Virus record (IMG/VR): IMGVR_UViG_2907408351_000002
Direction: 5' to 3' (one strand)
Source: a virus
Length of the DNA stretch: 64,000 nt
Made by a program: the position numbers and the translations under genes. Below, piece after piece: positions 29,811 through 38,593 of the stretch. A model generated the notes under the pieces. The model had not been told where the DNA came from. It worked only from the letters and a program-made list of their open reading frames with translations, and searched no databases. Numbering within the stretch: the first letter of the stretch is position 1; every line of letters begins with the position of its first letter.

Positions 29811-30083
29811 ATGAAAAAACAAATCAAGTACGTCGGGAGAATTGCCAAGGATGAATGTAAGAAAAAATCTTTTGCAATCTTCGTGGTCGCCTCTCTTATC
29901 GAGGCAGGTTTACAAGCAACCGGTAAAGCGTCGATGCTATCCTTTTTGGGTCAAAACATTACGTATTTCGGAGTCATTGGGATTTGCTCATTTACGGTTT
30001 ATATGAAAAAACCTCTTACCGAAGTAGTAAATTCTTTCCGGAGCGGAAAAACGAAAGTTGAGGCGGATCCAAATCATGAATAG
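29811..30083 (+). CDS. Holin-like small membrane protein (90 aa, two hydrophobic segments, charged C-terminus)
   Basis: ATG at 29811 preceded by GGAGAA; topology read from sequence. Confidence 0.4.
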   Translation: MKKQIKYVGRIAKDECKKKSFAIFVVASLIEAGLQATGKASMLSFLGQNITYFGVIGICSFTVYMKKPLTEVVNSFRSGKTKVEADPNHE

Positions 30084-30579
30084 AATCATTGCCTTTTTAA
30101 TTTTATTTTCCCTTATTACCTGTTGCGCGACAATTCGTCCGAATTTCGAAGAAGCAATTCAAAATTCTGAAAACGCTTCGAAGGAAGCTGCGGACCTCGC
30201 AAAAAAAGTCGATAACAAACCGATCTCAGAGATTACAGAAGAGGAAAAAGACAAACTTTCAAAAAAACTAAAAGAATTCTCTACCAAGTTTGCAAACAAC
30301 GCGGAAATGTTAAAAAAAAGCAAAGCATACGGAGACGAATGGAAGCAGAAAGCAGAGGATTATAGACCAGATGCTGAAACTTGGAGAACGATTAAGTTTT
30401 TCTTTTATGTTTTTCTAATTTTGTTCATAGCGGTAGCTTTAGCTATTTTAGGAATTCGTTTGTATCTAAAATATGGATCTCTTTCCGGTGTGGCGAATGT
30501 TGCGAATCTAATTTCTAAATCACCTGTGGATATTCCGTTTTTAACAAAACATGTTGAATCTAACGTTATCCCATTCTAA
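30076..30579 (+). CDS. Unimolecular-spanin-like protein: N-terminal lipoprotein signal (MNRIIAFLILFSLITC) plus C-terminal TM helix
   Basis: Lipobox-like LITC, coiled/charged middle, C-terminal FFFYVFLILFIAVALAILGI; last gene of late operon. Confidence 0.45.
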   Translation: MNRIIAFLILFSLITCCATIRPNFEEAIQNSENASKEAADLAKKVDNKPISEITEEEKDKLSKKLKEFSTKFANNAEMLKKSKAYGDEWKQKAEDYRPDAETWRTIKFFFYVFLILFIAVALAILGIRLYLKYGSLSGVANVANLISKSPVDIPFLTKHVESNVIPF

Positions 30580-30596
30580 AAGTATTTCCTATCTCT

Positions 30597-30628
30597 TCCT
30601 CGGGTCCAAAAGATCCGAGGAGTTTTTT
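30597..30628 (+). terminator. Rho-independent terminator (TCCTCGG-loop-CCGAGGA + T6) at end of late operon
   Basis: 7-bp stem, 11-nt loop, TTTTTT run; convergent junction with early region. Confidence 0.55.
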
Positions 30629-30914
30629 ATGGTTCTAATCTTTTCTTCAATTCAACGTAGTATTTTCGCATTCGTTCGGTCTTAATATATTGTGGAAGTT
30701 CTTCCCATCTCTTCGGTATTTTTCCTTTTCTTAGAAAATTCTCGCAATGAATGATCCACAAATTTTCTTGTCTTTGTATGTAATCATCATTTATTTTTTC
30801 ATCACCCATGATTGAAGATAATTTTTTGGAAAGGAACTTCGATCTTCGTTTTTTAGAATTCCAGAATCCTGCACATTCCCCATTCTTCTCCCAGAGAACA
30901 TACGAAAGCAACAT
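30627..30914 (-). CDS. Hypothetical protein (start uncertain)
   Basis: ORF track; overlaps upstream gene by 62 nt so true start may be internal. Confidence 0.3.
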   Translation of the reverse strand: MLLSYVLWEKNGECAGFWNSKKRRSKFLSKKLSSIMGDEKINDDYIQRQENLWIIHCENFLRKGKIPKRWEELPQYIKTERMRKYYVELKKRLEP

Positions 30915-31083
30915 AGATGAAAGCGATCATCACGAACGTTGCCGAAAAGATTCCCGTAAGAATCAGAGTATGACTTCTTCCCGGAACGATACCAATAGAA
31001 AGCATGATCACGATCTCAAGAATCCCGTAAGCGCCTGAACCGAGGAGCCAAAAGAAAAACATGATTAAAAGGATGCCGATCAT
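30853..31083 (-). CDS. Small two-TM membrane protein (76 aa), possible NfeD-like partner of SPFH protein
   Basis: Hydrophobic composition; proximity to band-7 gene. Confidence 0.4.
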   Translation of the reverse strand: MIGILLIMFFFWLLGSGAYGILEIVIMLSIGIVPGRSHTLILTGIFSATFVMIAFIYVAFVCSLGEEWGMCRILEF

Positions 31084-31316
31084 TTGGGCACCTCATTTTC
31101 CGTATCTAATTTAGATCGAACTTCCTTATGTTTTTCTGATCGTTCGCTTGCTTTACCCCACCGTTTCATAGTAAATCCTCGATTGTAATTTGAATCGGAA
31201 GGGTTCGTTATCTCGATCTTAATATCGAAGCAACCGCAAACATGAGTAGTTCCGGCATCGTCGTTTAGAGTCACACGCCTATGAGGAACTTCTTCGCTAT
31301 CGTAAATTATTTTCAT
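31080..31316 (-). CDS. Hypothetical small protein (78 aa)
   Basis: 4-nt coupled overlaps. Confidence 0.4.
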   Translation of the reverse strand: MKIIYDSEEVPHRRVTLNDDAGTTHVCGCFDIKIEITNPSDSNYNRGFTMKRWGKASERSEKHKEVRSKLDTENEVPK

Positions 31317-31555
31317 ACGAGTTTAAACCTTTCTTCGAGTCTACCGAGCAACTTATTGATTTCGAAGTGCCGCTGCGGAGTTCGATCGATCATCTCAATC
31401 AGATCCTCGATGAGATCGTTCTTGCCTTCGTCATACTCTCGGAAGTCTTCGTGATTCGGATCAATTCGAAAGTTAAGAATTTCTTCTTTGAGTGCGGCTT
31501 TGTATTGATCAAGTGTAAGACCTCGATCATAGATAGAAATTTGTTTACCTGGCAT
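31313..31555 (-). CDS. Hypothetical small protein (80 aa)
   Basis: 4-nt coupled overlap. Confidence 0.4.
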   Translation of the reverse strand: MPGKQISIYDRGLTLDQYKAALKEEILNFRIDPNHEDFREYDEGKNDLIEDLIEMIDRTPQRHFEINKLLGRLEERFKLV

Positions 31556-31594
31556 TTTAGCTCCTTAAAACCCGGATACTCTCCGGGCTTCATG

Positions 31595-32377
31595 TTATTT
31601 CAATTGAAAGAGGGTATTCGATCCGCTACTTAGATAGGTGTCGGGATATTTACCGTCCCATTTCTTAATTCGTTCCATCTCGACCATCATAGGTGTGATT
31701 TGTTGAGATTTAAGTCTTAACGCTTCCGCCTCAGCTCGGGCTTGTGCGATCTGTTGTTCGGCTTCAACTTTCACTTTTTCAAGTTCGTTTTTAGCTCGCA
31801 AAGCATCTTGTTCTGCTTTCTGCTTCAACTCAATCGATTCAGAAAATGTTTTAGAGAATTCAAAATCCTTCATGGACACTTCATCCACTAGGATATAGAA
31901 TTTTCCAAGTTTAGTTCTTAGTAGCTCGTGAATCTCTTTCGAGACTGTTTCTCTTTTAGTCACTAAGTCTGATGCAGTAAACTGTGCTGTTACGTGTTTC
32001 ATTGTTTCTAGAATCGCAGGAACAATAATTGTTTCTTCGAAATCCATTCCGACTTCTTGATACAATTTATTAACTTGGTTTGGCGACAAATGATAGGTTA
32101 AAGTAATTTTAGTATGAATTTCTTGCAAATCACTTGAGGGTGCTGCAGAATTCGCTTCTACTTTCTGAACTCTAACATCGATACTCGTGACTGATTGGAA
32201 AAAAGGAGTAATTAAATTTATTCCTTCTCCAAGAATTCTGTCCGAAACTGAACCTAGGTTTGTTACAACCCCTCGATGTCCGGTACTTACACACTTGATT
32301 GGATTGAAAATCAATACCAATATCACCACTAAACCCTTAAGCCAATGCTTTTTAGCCAAATTCAAATATTCTTCCAT
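31595..32377 (-). CDS. SPFH/band-7 (stomatin/prohibitin/HflK-like) membrane protein
   Basis: N-terminal TM then HRGVVTNLG…ITPFFQSVTSIDVRVQ… and long Ala/Glu/Gln coiled C-terminus typical of band-7 proteins. Confidence 0.8.
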   Translation of the reverse strand: MEEYLNLAKKHWLKGLVVILVLIFNPIKCVSTGHRGVVTNLGSVSDRILGEGINLITPFFQSVTSIDVRVQKVEANSAAPSSDLQEIHTKITLTYHLSPNQVNKLYQEVGMDFEETIIVPAILETMKHVTAQFTASDLVTKRETVSKEIHELLRTKLGKFYILVDEVSMKDFEFSKTFSESIELKQKAEQDALRAKNELEKVKVEAEQQIAQARAEAEALRLKSQQITPMMVEMERIKKWDGKYPDTYLSSGSNTLFQLK

Positions 32378-32404
32378 TTTAAATTTCTCCTTAAAAATGA
32401 ATGC

Positions 32405-33244
32405 TCAAAACAACTTCGGTTCGTTTTCTTCTAGTCTCGACACGCACAACGGATTCAGCCAGATCGCTTCGGTCCGCTCGCGGCGCTTATTGTCTCTCGT
32501 TGCCTTTTCTTTCCGGATCCAACCTTTCGTTTCTAACCGATTGGCGTAGAGGTCGGAAGGATAACCCGAAATGACCACCATACCTTTTAAGGAAACGATC
32601 AAGTTCAAAAGATTCTCGTGCTCGATCACAGATTTCATTTCGTGAGTGTAAAGATCTCCAGATCCGCGCACCGATCCGAGGTAAGGTGGATCAAGATAGA
32701 AAAGTGTATTTGGTGAATCGAGTTGATCGGCAATTTTTAGGAATGATTTGTTTTCGATCACAACTCCACGAAGTCGGGACGCCGCTTGATAGTAAGGCTG
32801 GATGTCTGACCATAATCGCGCTGGGATGTATCCTCCGGAGCGATCGAGATTTCCGTGGACTCGGAAGGAGCCGCGGGAAGATCGATTCTGCCCGATGTTC
32901 ATCCAGCATTTCGCACAAAACTTTAAAGCGCGGTCAATCGAGGTTTCTTCAGGTTTATTTTTGGATACCGCCCATTCATGTATTTCCCGGGAATACGGCG
33001 TCCACTTAATGCGGCGAATCAGCTCTTTAGCAGTATCGCGGTTTCCCAACATCGCCATGAAGTTGGTCACTTCAGAATCAAGATCAAAATAGTATTCCGC
33101 GCGCGCCGGTTCTTTTTGAAGCAGGACGTTCGCTGCTCCGCCAAAACCATCGACGTAAACGTCGTGAGTAGGGAAGTAGGATTGTATCCACGGCCCCAAG
33201 AGAAATTTTCCGCCATTGTATTTAAGAGGAGGACGTGTGATCAT
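32405..33244 (-). CDS. dam: DNA adenine methyltransferase (Dam / D12-class N6-MTase)
   Basis: N-terminal …YNGGKFLL…DGFGGAANV… (SAM binding) and …LFYLDPPY… catalytic motif. Confidence 0.8.
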   Translation of the reverse strand: MITRPPLKYNGGKFLLGPWIQSYFPTHDVYVDGFGGAANVLLQKEPARAEYYFDLDSEVTNFMAMLGNRDTAKELIRRIKWTPYSREIHEWAVSKNKPEETSIDRALKFCAKCWMNIGQNRSSRGSFRVHGNLDRSGGYIPARLWSDIQPYYQAASRLRGVVIENKSFLKIADQLDSPNTLFYLDPPYLGSVRGSGDLYTHEMKSVIEHENLLNLIVSLKGMVVISGYPSDLYANRLETKGWIRKEKATRDNKRRERTEAIWLNPLCVSRLEENEPKLF

Positions 33245-34050
33245 GCAATTTCCCTCTGCCCTTTTTCGATATCTTCTATCATAGCCAAAACACGGGAGAT
33301 GTTGCTTTGTGTGTCTTTAAATTTTTCGATCAGAGTTTGCGGAATGAGCTCGTTTATTAAATCGATTTTCTTTTGGACTTCCCATTTTGAGAGGTAGGGT
33401 CTCGTTGCATCAATCCCAAGGTTCTCTAAAAAGATCTTAATTTCCTCATAGGTCTTAATTCTCTTTTCGAGAGTTTCATTCTGCTCCGCAACTTTCCAAA
33501 TCCTTTCTTCTACTTTCTTACGTATTTTCCCGCTTAACGCGCGTCCGAAATTTCGATCCTCCTCCTGAGTTTCCAACCAATTTAAAAGACGTTCTTTCGC
33601 ATTCGCCTTCCAGTAGTTTGTATATTGTTTGTCGATTCGCCACATAAGAACATATCGAAAGATCTCTTCAGGAATTGATTGTGTTCTATAAACGGATTTT
33701 TTTCGGATAAAGAGACGAGTCCCGTTCTTTGAGGTTTCGTAAAGACCCGCTTCTTCCGGAAGTTCCTTCGGGTTGATCAATCCAGGCGGAGTAACGAAAT
33801 AAAAATGATTACAGTAAATGAGATATGATCTCCATTTTTCATCCTGAAGAAAATCAGATCTCGATACTTTGATTTCATAGGCGGTTACCGCATCTTTCGA
33901 CCAGGATTTCGGCATTGACCACCCATCCATTCGGAAGTGATGAGAACCCATCGATGGGCCAGTCTTACACTCCGGTAAATAGATATCGTTGGCGTGCTTT
34001 ACTTTCAATAGTTCGCTGATCATGTGAGCTGTAATTTTTGGATCTTTCAT
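33241..34050 (-). CDS. PD-(D/E)XK-like nuclease-fold protein (…RMDGW…AYEIKVSRSD…) with coiled-coil C-terminus
   Basis: D…ExK arrangement read in sequence; start set at ATG 34050 (ATGA overlap with upstream gene) rather than ORF-track 34107. Confidence 0.45.
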   Translation of the reverse strand: MKDPKITAHMISELLKVKHANDIYLPECKTGPSMGSHHFRMDGWSMPKSWSKDAVTAYEIKVSRSDFLQDEKWRSYLIYCNHFYFVTPPGLINPKELPEEAGLYETSKNGTRLFIRKKSVYRTQSIPEEIFRYVLMWRIDKQYTNYWKANAKERLLNWLETQEEDRNFGRALSGKIRKKVEERIWKVAEQNETLEKRIKTYEEIKIFLENLGIDATRPYLSKWEVQKKIDLINELIPQTLIEKFKDTQSNISRVLAMIEDIEKGQREIA

Positions 34051-34325
34051 TTCTGATTCCTCTCTTCTAATCCGGCATTCCGAAGTGCAACGTAGATAAT
34101 ATCCCAAACCCCGCGGAGTTTCCGGTGAATTCCTTCCGCTCTACTCGACTTCCAAACCTTTTTCGGATTAAAATCCTCGCTCTGCATAAACTTCGCATCG
34201 TAGGAACCATAGGCGCCTTTCGTTGCCTCGGTTGTCTTCCGATCATTCGCAATGTATGCGCAAGAGTGTTCTCTTTTTTTAGTCTCGTCGCCATTCGGCC
34301 AGATTTCAACTTTTACTACGATCAT
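34047..34325 (-). CDS. Hypothetical small protein (92 aa)
   Basis: Coupled overlaps both sides. Confidence 0.4.
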   Translation of the reverse strand: MIVVKVEIWPNGDETKKREHSCAYIANDRKTTEATKGAYGSYDAKFMQSEDFNPKKVWKSSRAEGIHRKLRGVWDIIYVALRNAGLEERNQK

Positions 34326-34786
34326 CCTTCACATCCTTTCCCGATTTGGCCGTGGTTATTCAGATCAACAAACTTTGTCCAATGAACCCACCCTTTCTCC
34401 GGACAATGGAATCCCCAGCCCCTAATCGCGGGTCCGGTTATAAAGATCGTCACCGCTGATTGATTTGTAACTTCAATACGATGAGCAAATTTTGAAGAAC
34501 GAAATCTAAACCCAGAGCCGGTGATCCGCTTTTTCTTATGAATTCCCCCTTCCTGGATCGTATGCTCAATGTATTCACCTTCGAGCAATATCGAGAGAGA
34601 AACCCACGGATGGTCATGCAACGCGCGATCATCATCACTCTTTAGAAATCGGTGAAGATAGACGTTGAAGAGTCGGTTCCTTGGAATCAAATACCACCTT
34701 TGCAAATATGGGTCGGCGGGATCACCAATGACAACGTCCGGATTTCGGGATTCTATGATTCTTTTTGCGATTTGTAGGATTCTCAT
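34322..34786 (-). CDS. Hypothetical protein with His/Asp cluster (LHDHPW … FAHRIEV), possible metal-binding
   Basis: Motif read in translation only. Confidence 0.4.
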   Translation of the reverse strand: MRILQIAKRIIESRNPDVVIGDPADPYLQRWYLIPRNRLFNVYLHRFLKSDDDRALHDHPWVSLSILLEGEYIEHTIQEGGIHKKKRITGSGFRFRSSKFAHRIEVTNQSAVTIFITGPAIRGWGFHCPEKGWVHWTKFVDLNNHGQIGKGCEG

Positions 34787-35100
34787 TTTTTCTTCCCTTT
34801 TAATTTTATAATGAATCTTTTCTTACAGGAAGAACAGATGATAACCTTTGCACCTTTCCTTTTCTGTATGAACTTCCCACCACAATCACAGCTTCGTGTC
34901 TCGATAACTGAGTTCACCATTTCATTCATCTGTTCTCGACCTTTTTCCATTTTCCTTTTTTTAATTTCGGGGTGGAGCTCATGAAGAACTCTCTTATATT
35001 CGGAAGAGATACTTTTATTTTCGTGATGAAGTCCGTCGCCTATCATGTCACCAAGTTTGATCAGACGATTACTGAGATATTCTCGACTAATATCTTGCAT
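34783..35100 (-). CDS. Small Zn-ribbon protein (CDCGGK…CSSCKKRF)
   Basis: Cys pairs. Confidence 0.4.
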   Translation of the reverse strand: MQDISREYLSNRLIKLGDMIGDGLHHENKSISSEYKRVLHELHPEIKKRKMEKGREQMNEMVNSVIETRSCDCGGKFIQKRKGAKVIICSSCKKRFIIKLKGKKK

Positions 35101-35606
35101 TAGTTTTCTTTCCTCTCGTGCTTAAGATTATTATGAACCGTGAAACCTTCTTTCTCGAAACAACTTGTGAGGCCGTGATCAATCAATAACTCTACTTGGC
35201 GGGTCCAGTCCTTTTGAATTAAGTCGTAACTATTTCGGAGATCTGTTAATTCGGTTTCTAAAGAGAGAACCTTCTGCTCCAATTCTGCTCTAATTTCGTG
35301 AGGACTTTTTCCTGTATTCTTAACGAGAATTAGAGAGAGAGTTCTTCCGGATAAATCGTTTAGATCGAGTTGTAAGTAATTTTGAATATTCTCGTTATTA
35401 TGAAGAACGTTCTGCATCGTTTCGGCGAAGAACTTCATAAAATTCAAAATCTTCTTCGCGCTAGGCACGTCCTTATCGAAATCGAAGAGCATTTCATTCC
35501 CCGACATGGTGAAACTTATACCTTTTAAAATTTCTTCTTCAAGATATTGCTCTGTTTGAGTCGCTTTAGTTTTACGCGAGATGAGTTCTGTAATAAATTT
35601 CTTCAT
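35100..35606 (-). CDS. Hypothetical protein (start moved to ATG 35606, ATGA overlap with upstream stop)
   Basis: ORF-track start 35675 would overlap Gp37/Gp68 gene by 73 nt. Confidence 0.4.
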   Translation of the reverse strand: MKKFITELISRKTKATQTEQYLEEEILKGISFTMSGNEMLFDFDKDVPSAKKILNFMKFFAETMQNVLHNNENIQNYLQLDLNDLSGRTLSLILVKNTGKSPHEIRAELEQKVLSLETELTDLRNSYDLIQKDWTRQVELLIDHGLTSCFEKEGFTVHNNLKHERKEN

Positions 35607-36625
35607 ACTCTTCCCTTCGGGAATTGCTTCCACTCGACTCCATCGAGCATCGCACCACTTTCTTTTTTCCCGCAACGCAAGGAAACATTGCCGTCATTCC
35701 AATCATGGAACTTTCCTCGTTGATACATCGCTTTTCTGCCTTCTTCAGATTTCGATTGTTCCAATGGAGTAGAGGCACCGCCAATCCACTCCCCCCACTG
35801 TTTAAAGAAAAATGGAACATCCGCGTCAATGCACTGATCGCGTAAATTGCATATCCAATCTGGGTGGACTGGTCGTGCGTGTGGACCTGATTCTCCACCA
35901 ACAACTACCCAATCGAGTTTGTTTCCAGTTCGTGAGTATTCTCCTTCATAACCAATGTAAATATCCCCTGTAAGGGAATTGATGAGTGTCCCATCTTCAA
36001 GTTCTACTTCTTCCAGATTGACGTATTCCAAAAGAGGCTCTTTCGAAATGAAACGGATGAAAGCTGGAGTTTCCAACAATTTCGGGATACGATCGTTAGC
36101 TGTTTTTTGGTTTTCGGCGGATACTCCAAGCCAAACGTTTGGAAGTGGCCATTCAACAGAACCATTCCAGTTATCCTTCATCCATTCAGGGGGCATCTTG
36201 ACATTCTTATTTTGAAAGTTCATCTCCACAAAAGTGTGTGCCGCCTCTCCAATTTCTGACGCGCGAAATTCTCTTTTCATATAATCGAGCATTCTTTCCG
36301 AACGTTTTGTGAGAATTTGGAATGTATGTTGAGGGTTCAATGCTATGACACCAAACACTCTGTCGATGAAGGAGTCAGGAACATCCTTATGAAAAAGATC
36401 GCTCATCGAATTCACAAAAATCTTTGACGGCTTTCTAATACTAAATGGATCCTTCAGCTTTTTATATTTGAATTCTACTTTGGAAAAATCTCGAATCGCC
36501 CACTCTCCAAACTTTCTTTTACTCAAAGTCTCTGCGTAACAGTTCTTGCAACCCGCGGAAACTTTCGTGCATCCGGTTACCGGATTCCAAGTGTGGTCCG
36601 TCCATTCTATCTTAGAGTCTTTCAT
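35603..36625 (-). CDS. Phage Gp37/Gp68 family protein (DUF5131)
   Basis: Characteristic N-terminus M..KIEWTDHTWNPVTGCTKVSAGCKNCYAE. Confidence 0.7.
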   Translation of the reverse strand: MKDSKIEWTDHTWNPVTGCTKVSAGCKNCYAETLSKRKFGEWAIRDFSKVEFKYKKLKDPFSIRKPSKIFVNSMSDLFHKDVPDSFIDRVFGVIALNPQHTFQILTKRSERMLDYMKREFRASEIGEAAHTFVEMNFQNKNVKMPPEWMKDNWNGSVEWPLPNVWLGVSAENQKTANDRIPKLLETPAFIRFISKEPLLEYVNLEEVELEDGTLINSLTGDIYIGYEGEYSRTGNKLDWVVVGGESGPHARPVHPDWICNLRDQCIDADVPFFFKQWGEWIGGASTPLEQSKSEEGRKAMYQRGKFHDWNDGNVSLRCGKKESGAMLDGVEWKQFPKGRV

Positions 36626-37359
36626 TCAGATTTCCTAATGTTATTCAAGATATTCCATGCAAGTCTAACCACTGCTGGAACCTGTCCGTCTCCAATCGCT
36701 TCGGTGCGGTCCACCCGATAGGCCATCCCATTTCCGCTTCCAGCATTTCTGCGGACGGACTCCATCCACCGCTTAGAGTAAGTGCGAGATTCTTCACGGG
36801 TTCGCTGTATCGGTTCGGCGCCTTGCCGAAACCCCATCCCGCTTTCCCCATCGATTTTCGTGGAGTGGGCAACAATCCAAATTCTTTCCCGAATTTGTGG
36901 AGCTCCGGCTTCTTCCGCTGATAGCACTCCGCATTCCGCATCGAAATCCACCGAGGCCAAATCCCCGAGTACTCTATCGAGTCCACGCCTGGTAAGCATT
37001 GGGGAATTTTCCACGAAGACGAAACGGGGTCGAACTTCGCAAATGATTCGGAACATTTCGTGCCAAAGTCCTGAAAATTCTCCGTCGATTCCGGCTCCCT
37101 TGCCTGCCACTGAGATGTCCTGACACGGGAAACCTCCCGAAACCACGTCAACAAATCCACGCCACGGGAATCCGTTGAAGGAACAAACATCGTCCCAAAC
37201 GGGAAACGGTGAAAAGTGTCCTTCAGTTTGTCGCTGGAGGAGTCGTCGAGCGCGATAGGAATTGATTTCCACGGCGCAAACTGTTCTCCAACCAAGGAGC
37301 TTCCCTCCAAGTATTCCTCCACCAGCGCCTGCGAAAAGTGCCAACTCACGCAACCGCAC
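36622..37359 (-). CDS. Compact DNA cytosine-5 methyltransferase (245 aa)
   Basis: Motif I LFAGAGG, IV GGFPCQDIS, VI FVFVENSP, VIII QIRERIW, X-like GDGQVPAVV; minimal target-recognition region. Confidence 0.75.
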   Translation of the reverse strand: MRLRELALFAGAGGGILGGKLLGWRTVCAVEINSYRARRLLQRQTEGHFSPFPVWDDVCSFNGFPWRGFVDVVSGGFPCQDISVAGKGAGIDGEFSGLWHEMFRIICEVRPRFVFVENSPMLTRRGLDRVLGDLASVDFDAECGVLSAEEAGAPQIRERIWIVAHSTKIDGESGMGFRQGAEPIQRTREESRTYSKRWMESVRRNAGSGNGMAYRVDRTEAIGDGQVPAVVRLAWNILNNIRKSE

Positions 37360-37651
37360 TCTCCTTTCTGTTTATGGAGTCCGGAAAGAAAGCATGCTTA
37401 TCCTTGATTCCACAATTTACGCAGATGAAGTCTACGATCCAACCGCGAAGTCCATCGGTTAAATATTCCTTTTTGAATTTTCCAATTCTATGATAACGAT
37501 GATCTGCAAACGCAGGAGATTTGCATTCTCGAACATTCTTAATTTTAGTTGGAGCGTCATAACCAAAGTCAGGATTCAACTTTTGTAAGGATGTTAACGA
37601 ATCGATTTGAAATGATATTTCCATTTTTATGGTCTTCCAGTTCCTTCGCAT
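37346..37651 (-). CDS. Hypothetical small protein
   Basis: ORF track. Confidence 0.3.
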   Translation of the reverse strand: MRRNWKTIKMEISFQIDSLTSLQKLNPDFGYDAPTKIKNVRECKSPAFADHRYHRIGKFKKEYLTDGLRGWIVDFICVNCGIKDKHAFFPDSINRKESAVA

Positions 37652-37956
37652 TTACTACATTCAACATTCTTAACTCCCTCTTCGACGCTCCAACTTTTAA
37701 AAACTTTTCCGGCTCCGAAGCAGTTTGAGCAACTGCCCTCCTCCAATTCGTATAAATCTCTCTCCTCTTTCAATTCCGCGGTGGAAATTACTATTGTTTT
37801 ATGTGGCTTAGTCCATGTTCTCATTCCATTGAGGTGTTCTGAAGCAATACCTCCTTTAATAATGAACCCACCATCGATAGCCTCGTTTGAAAACCATGCC
37901 CATTCTTTTGGTAGATTATACTTTCTTTGAGCTATCCTGTTATAAAAATCTTCCAT
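37627..37956 (-). CDS. Small Zn-finger protein (CSNCFGAGK…CSKCEGTG)
   Basis: Cys pairs. Confidence 0.4.
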   Translation of the reverse strand: MEDFYNRIAQRKYNLPKEWAWFSNEAIDGGFIIKGGIASEHLNGMRTWTKPHKTIVISTAELKEERDLYELEEGSCSNCFGAGKVFKSWSVEEGVKNVECSKCEGTGRP

Positions 37957-37965
37957 AGAATCTCC

Positions 37966-38175
37966 TTAAATTTGTTTCCCTTGAGCCATACGCTCAATTT
38001 TATTTAACGCCATCACTTCATTCAATTTCAAAATTCGATCATCTTCGGCATCAATCATTTCTACGAATTTTACCAAAAGATCCGAATGATAAACTTCCAA
38101 TTCATCTTCACAAAGACTTTTGATTCTAATTAGAACTAACGGTAGTTTATCCAATTCCACTTCAGTCATTTCCAT
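37966..38175 (-). CDS. Small acidic protein (69 aa)
   Basis: ORF track. Confidence 0.3.
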   Translation of the reverse strand: MEMTEVELDKLPLVLIRIKSLCEDELEVYHSDLLVKFVEMIDAEDDRILKLNEVMALNKIERMAQGKQI

Positions 38176-38362
38176 AATATTTTGAATGTAGCATTACGAT
38201 ACAAAGGAGCCCGATCCCAATTGGAAGTGAAAAATGTTCAGGGAACCATAACGTATTAATTATATCTATAGTGTTGGATTTTCCCAATAACCCTTGAAAG
38301 ATGAACCCTATACCTACAAAAAATATAATTCCGTTATCAAAGCCCTCTTTAAAATTGTTCAC
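38162..38362 (-). CDS. Small membrane protein (66 aa)
   Basis: ORF track; hydrophobic. Confidence 0.3.
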   Translation of the reverse strand: MNNFKEGFDNGIIFFVGIGFIFQGLLGKSNTIDIINTLWFPEHFSLPIGIGLLCIVMLHSKYYGND

Positions 38363-38592
38363 AACCGTTCTCCTCGAAAGATTTCAAAGAAACATCCAGT
38401 CATCGGTTTCTTGAGTCCTCTTTCCAAAATGTTCTCTTTACCTATGTAAATTGGATTTGGATTTTCAATCGGTGCCCTACTTAAAGTTTTAGAAAACAAA
38501 TCGACCAAAGCAAGGAAACACATGACAATCACGAGAACTAAAATAGTATCCCGTAAAACAAGTAACGTCTCTTTGCTTTGATCCATTTCCAT
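38359..38592 (-). CDS. Small membrane protein (77 aa)
   Basis: ORF track. Confidence 0.3.
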   Translation of the reverse strand: MEMDQSKETLLVLRDTILVLVIVMCFLALVDLFSKTLSRAPIENPNPIYIGKENILERGLKKPMTGCFFEIFRGERL

Positions 38593-38593
38593 T

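Noticed and set aside
30058-30075. TTG start for the spanin-like gene given in the ORF track
   Set aside because: The downstream ATG at 30076 gives a canonical lipoprotein signal (MNRIIAFLILFSLITC), so the ATG is preferred.
36645-37349. 234-aa ORF fully overlapping the C5-MTase gene in another frame
   Set aside because: No recognisable motifs; the region is GC-rich so long alternative-frame ORFs are expected. The MTase frame carries motifs I, IV, VI, VIII and X.
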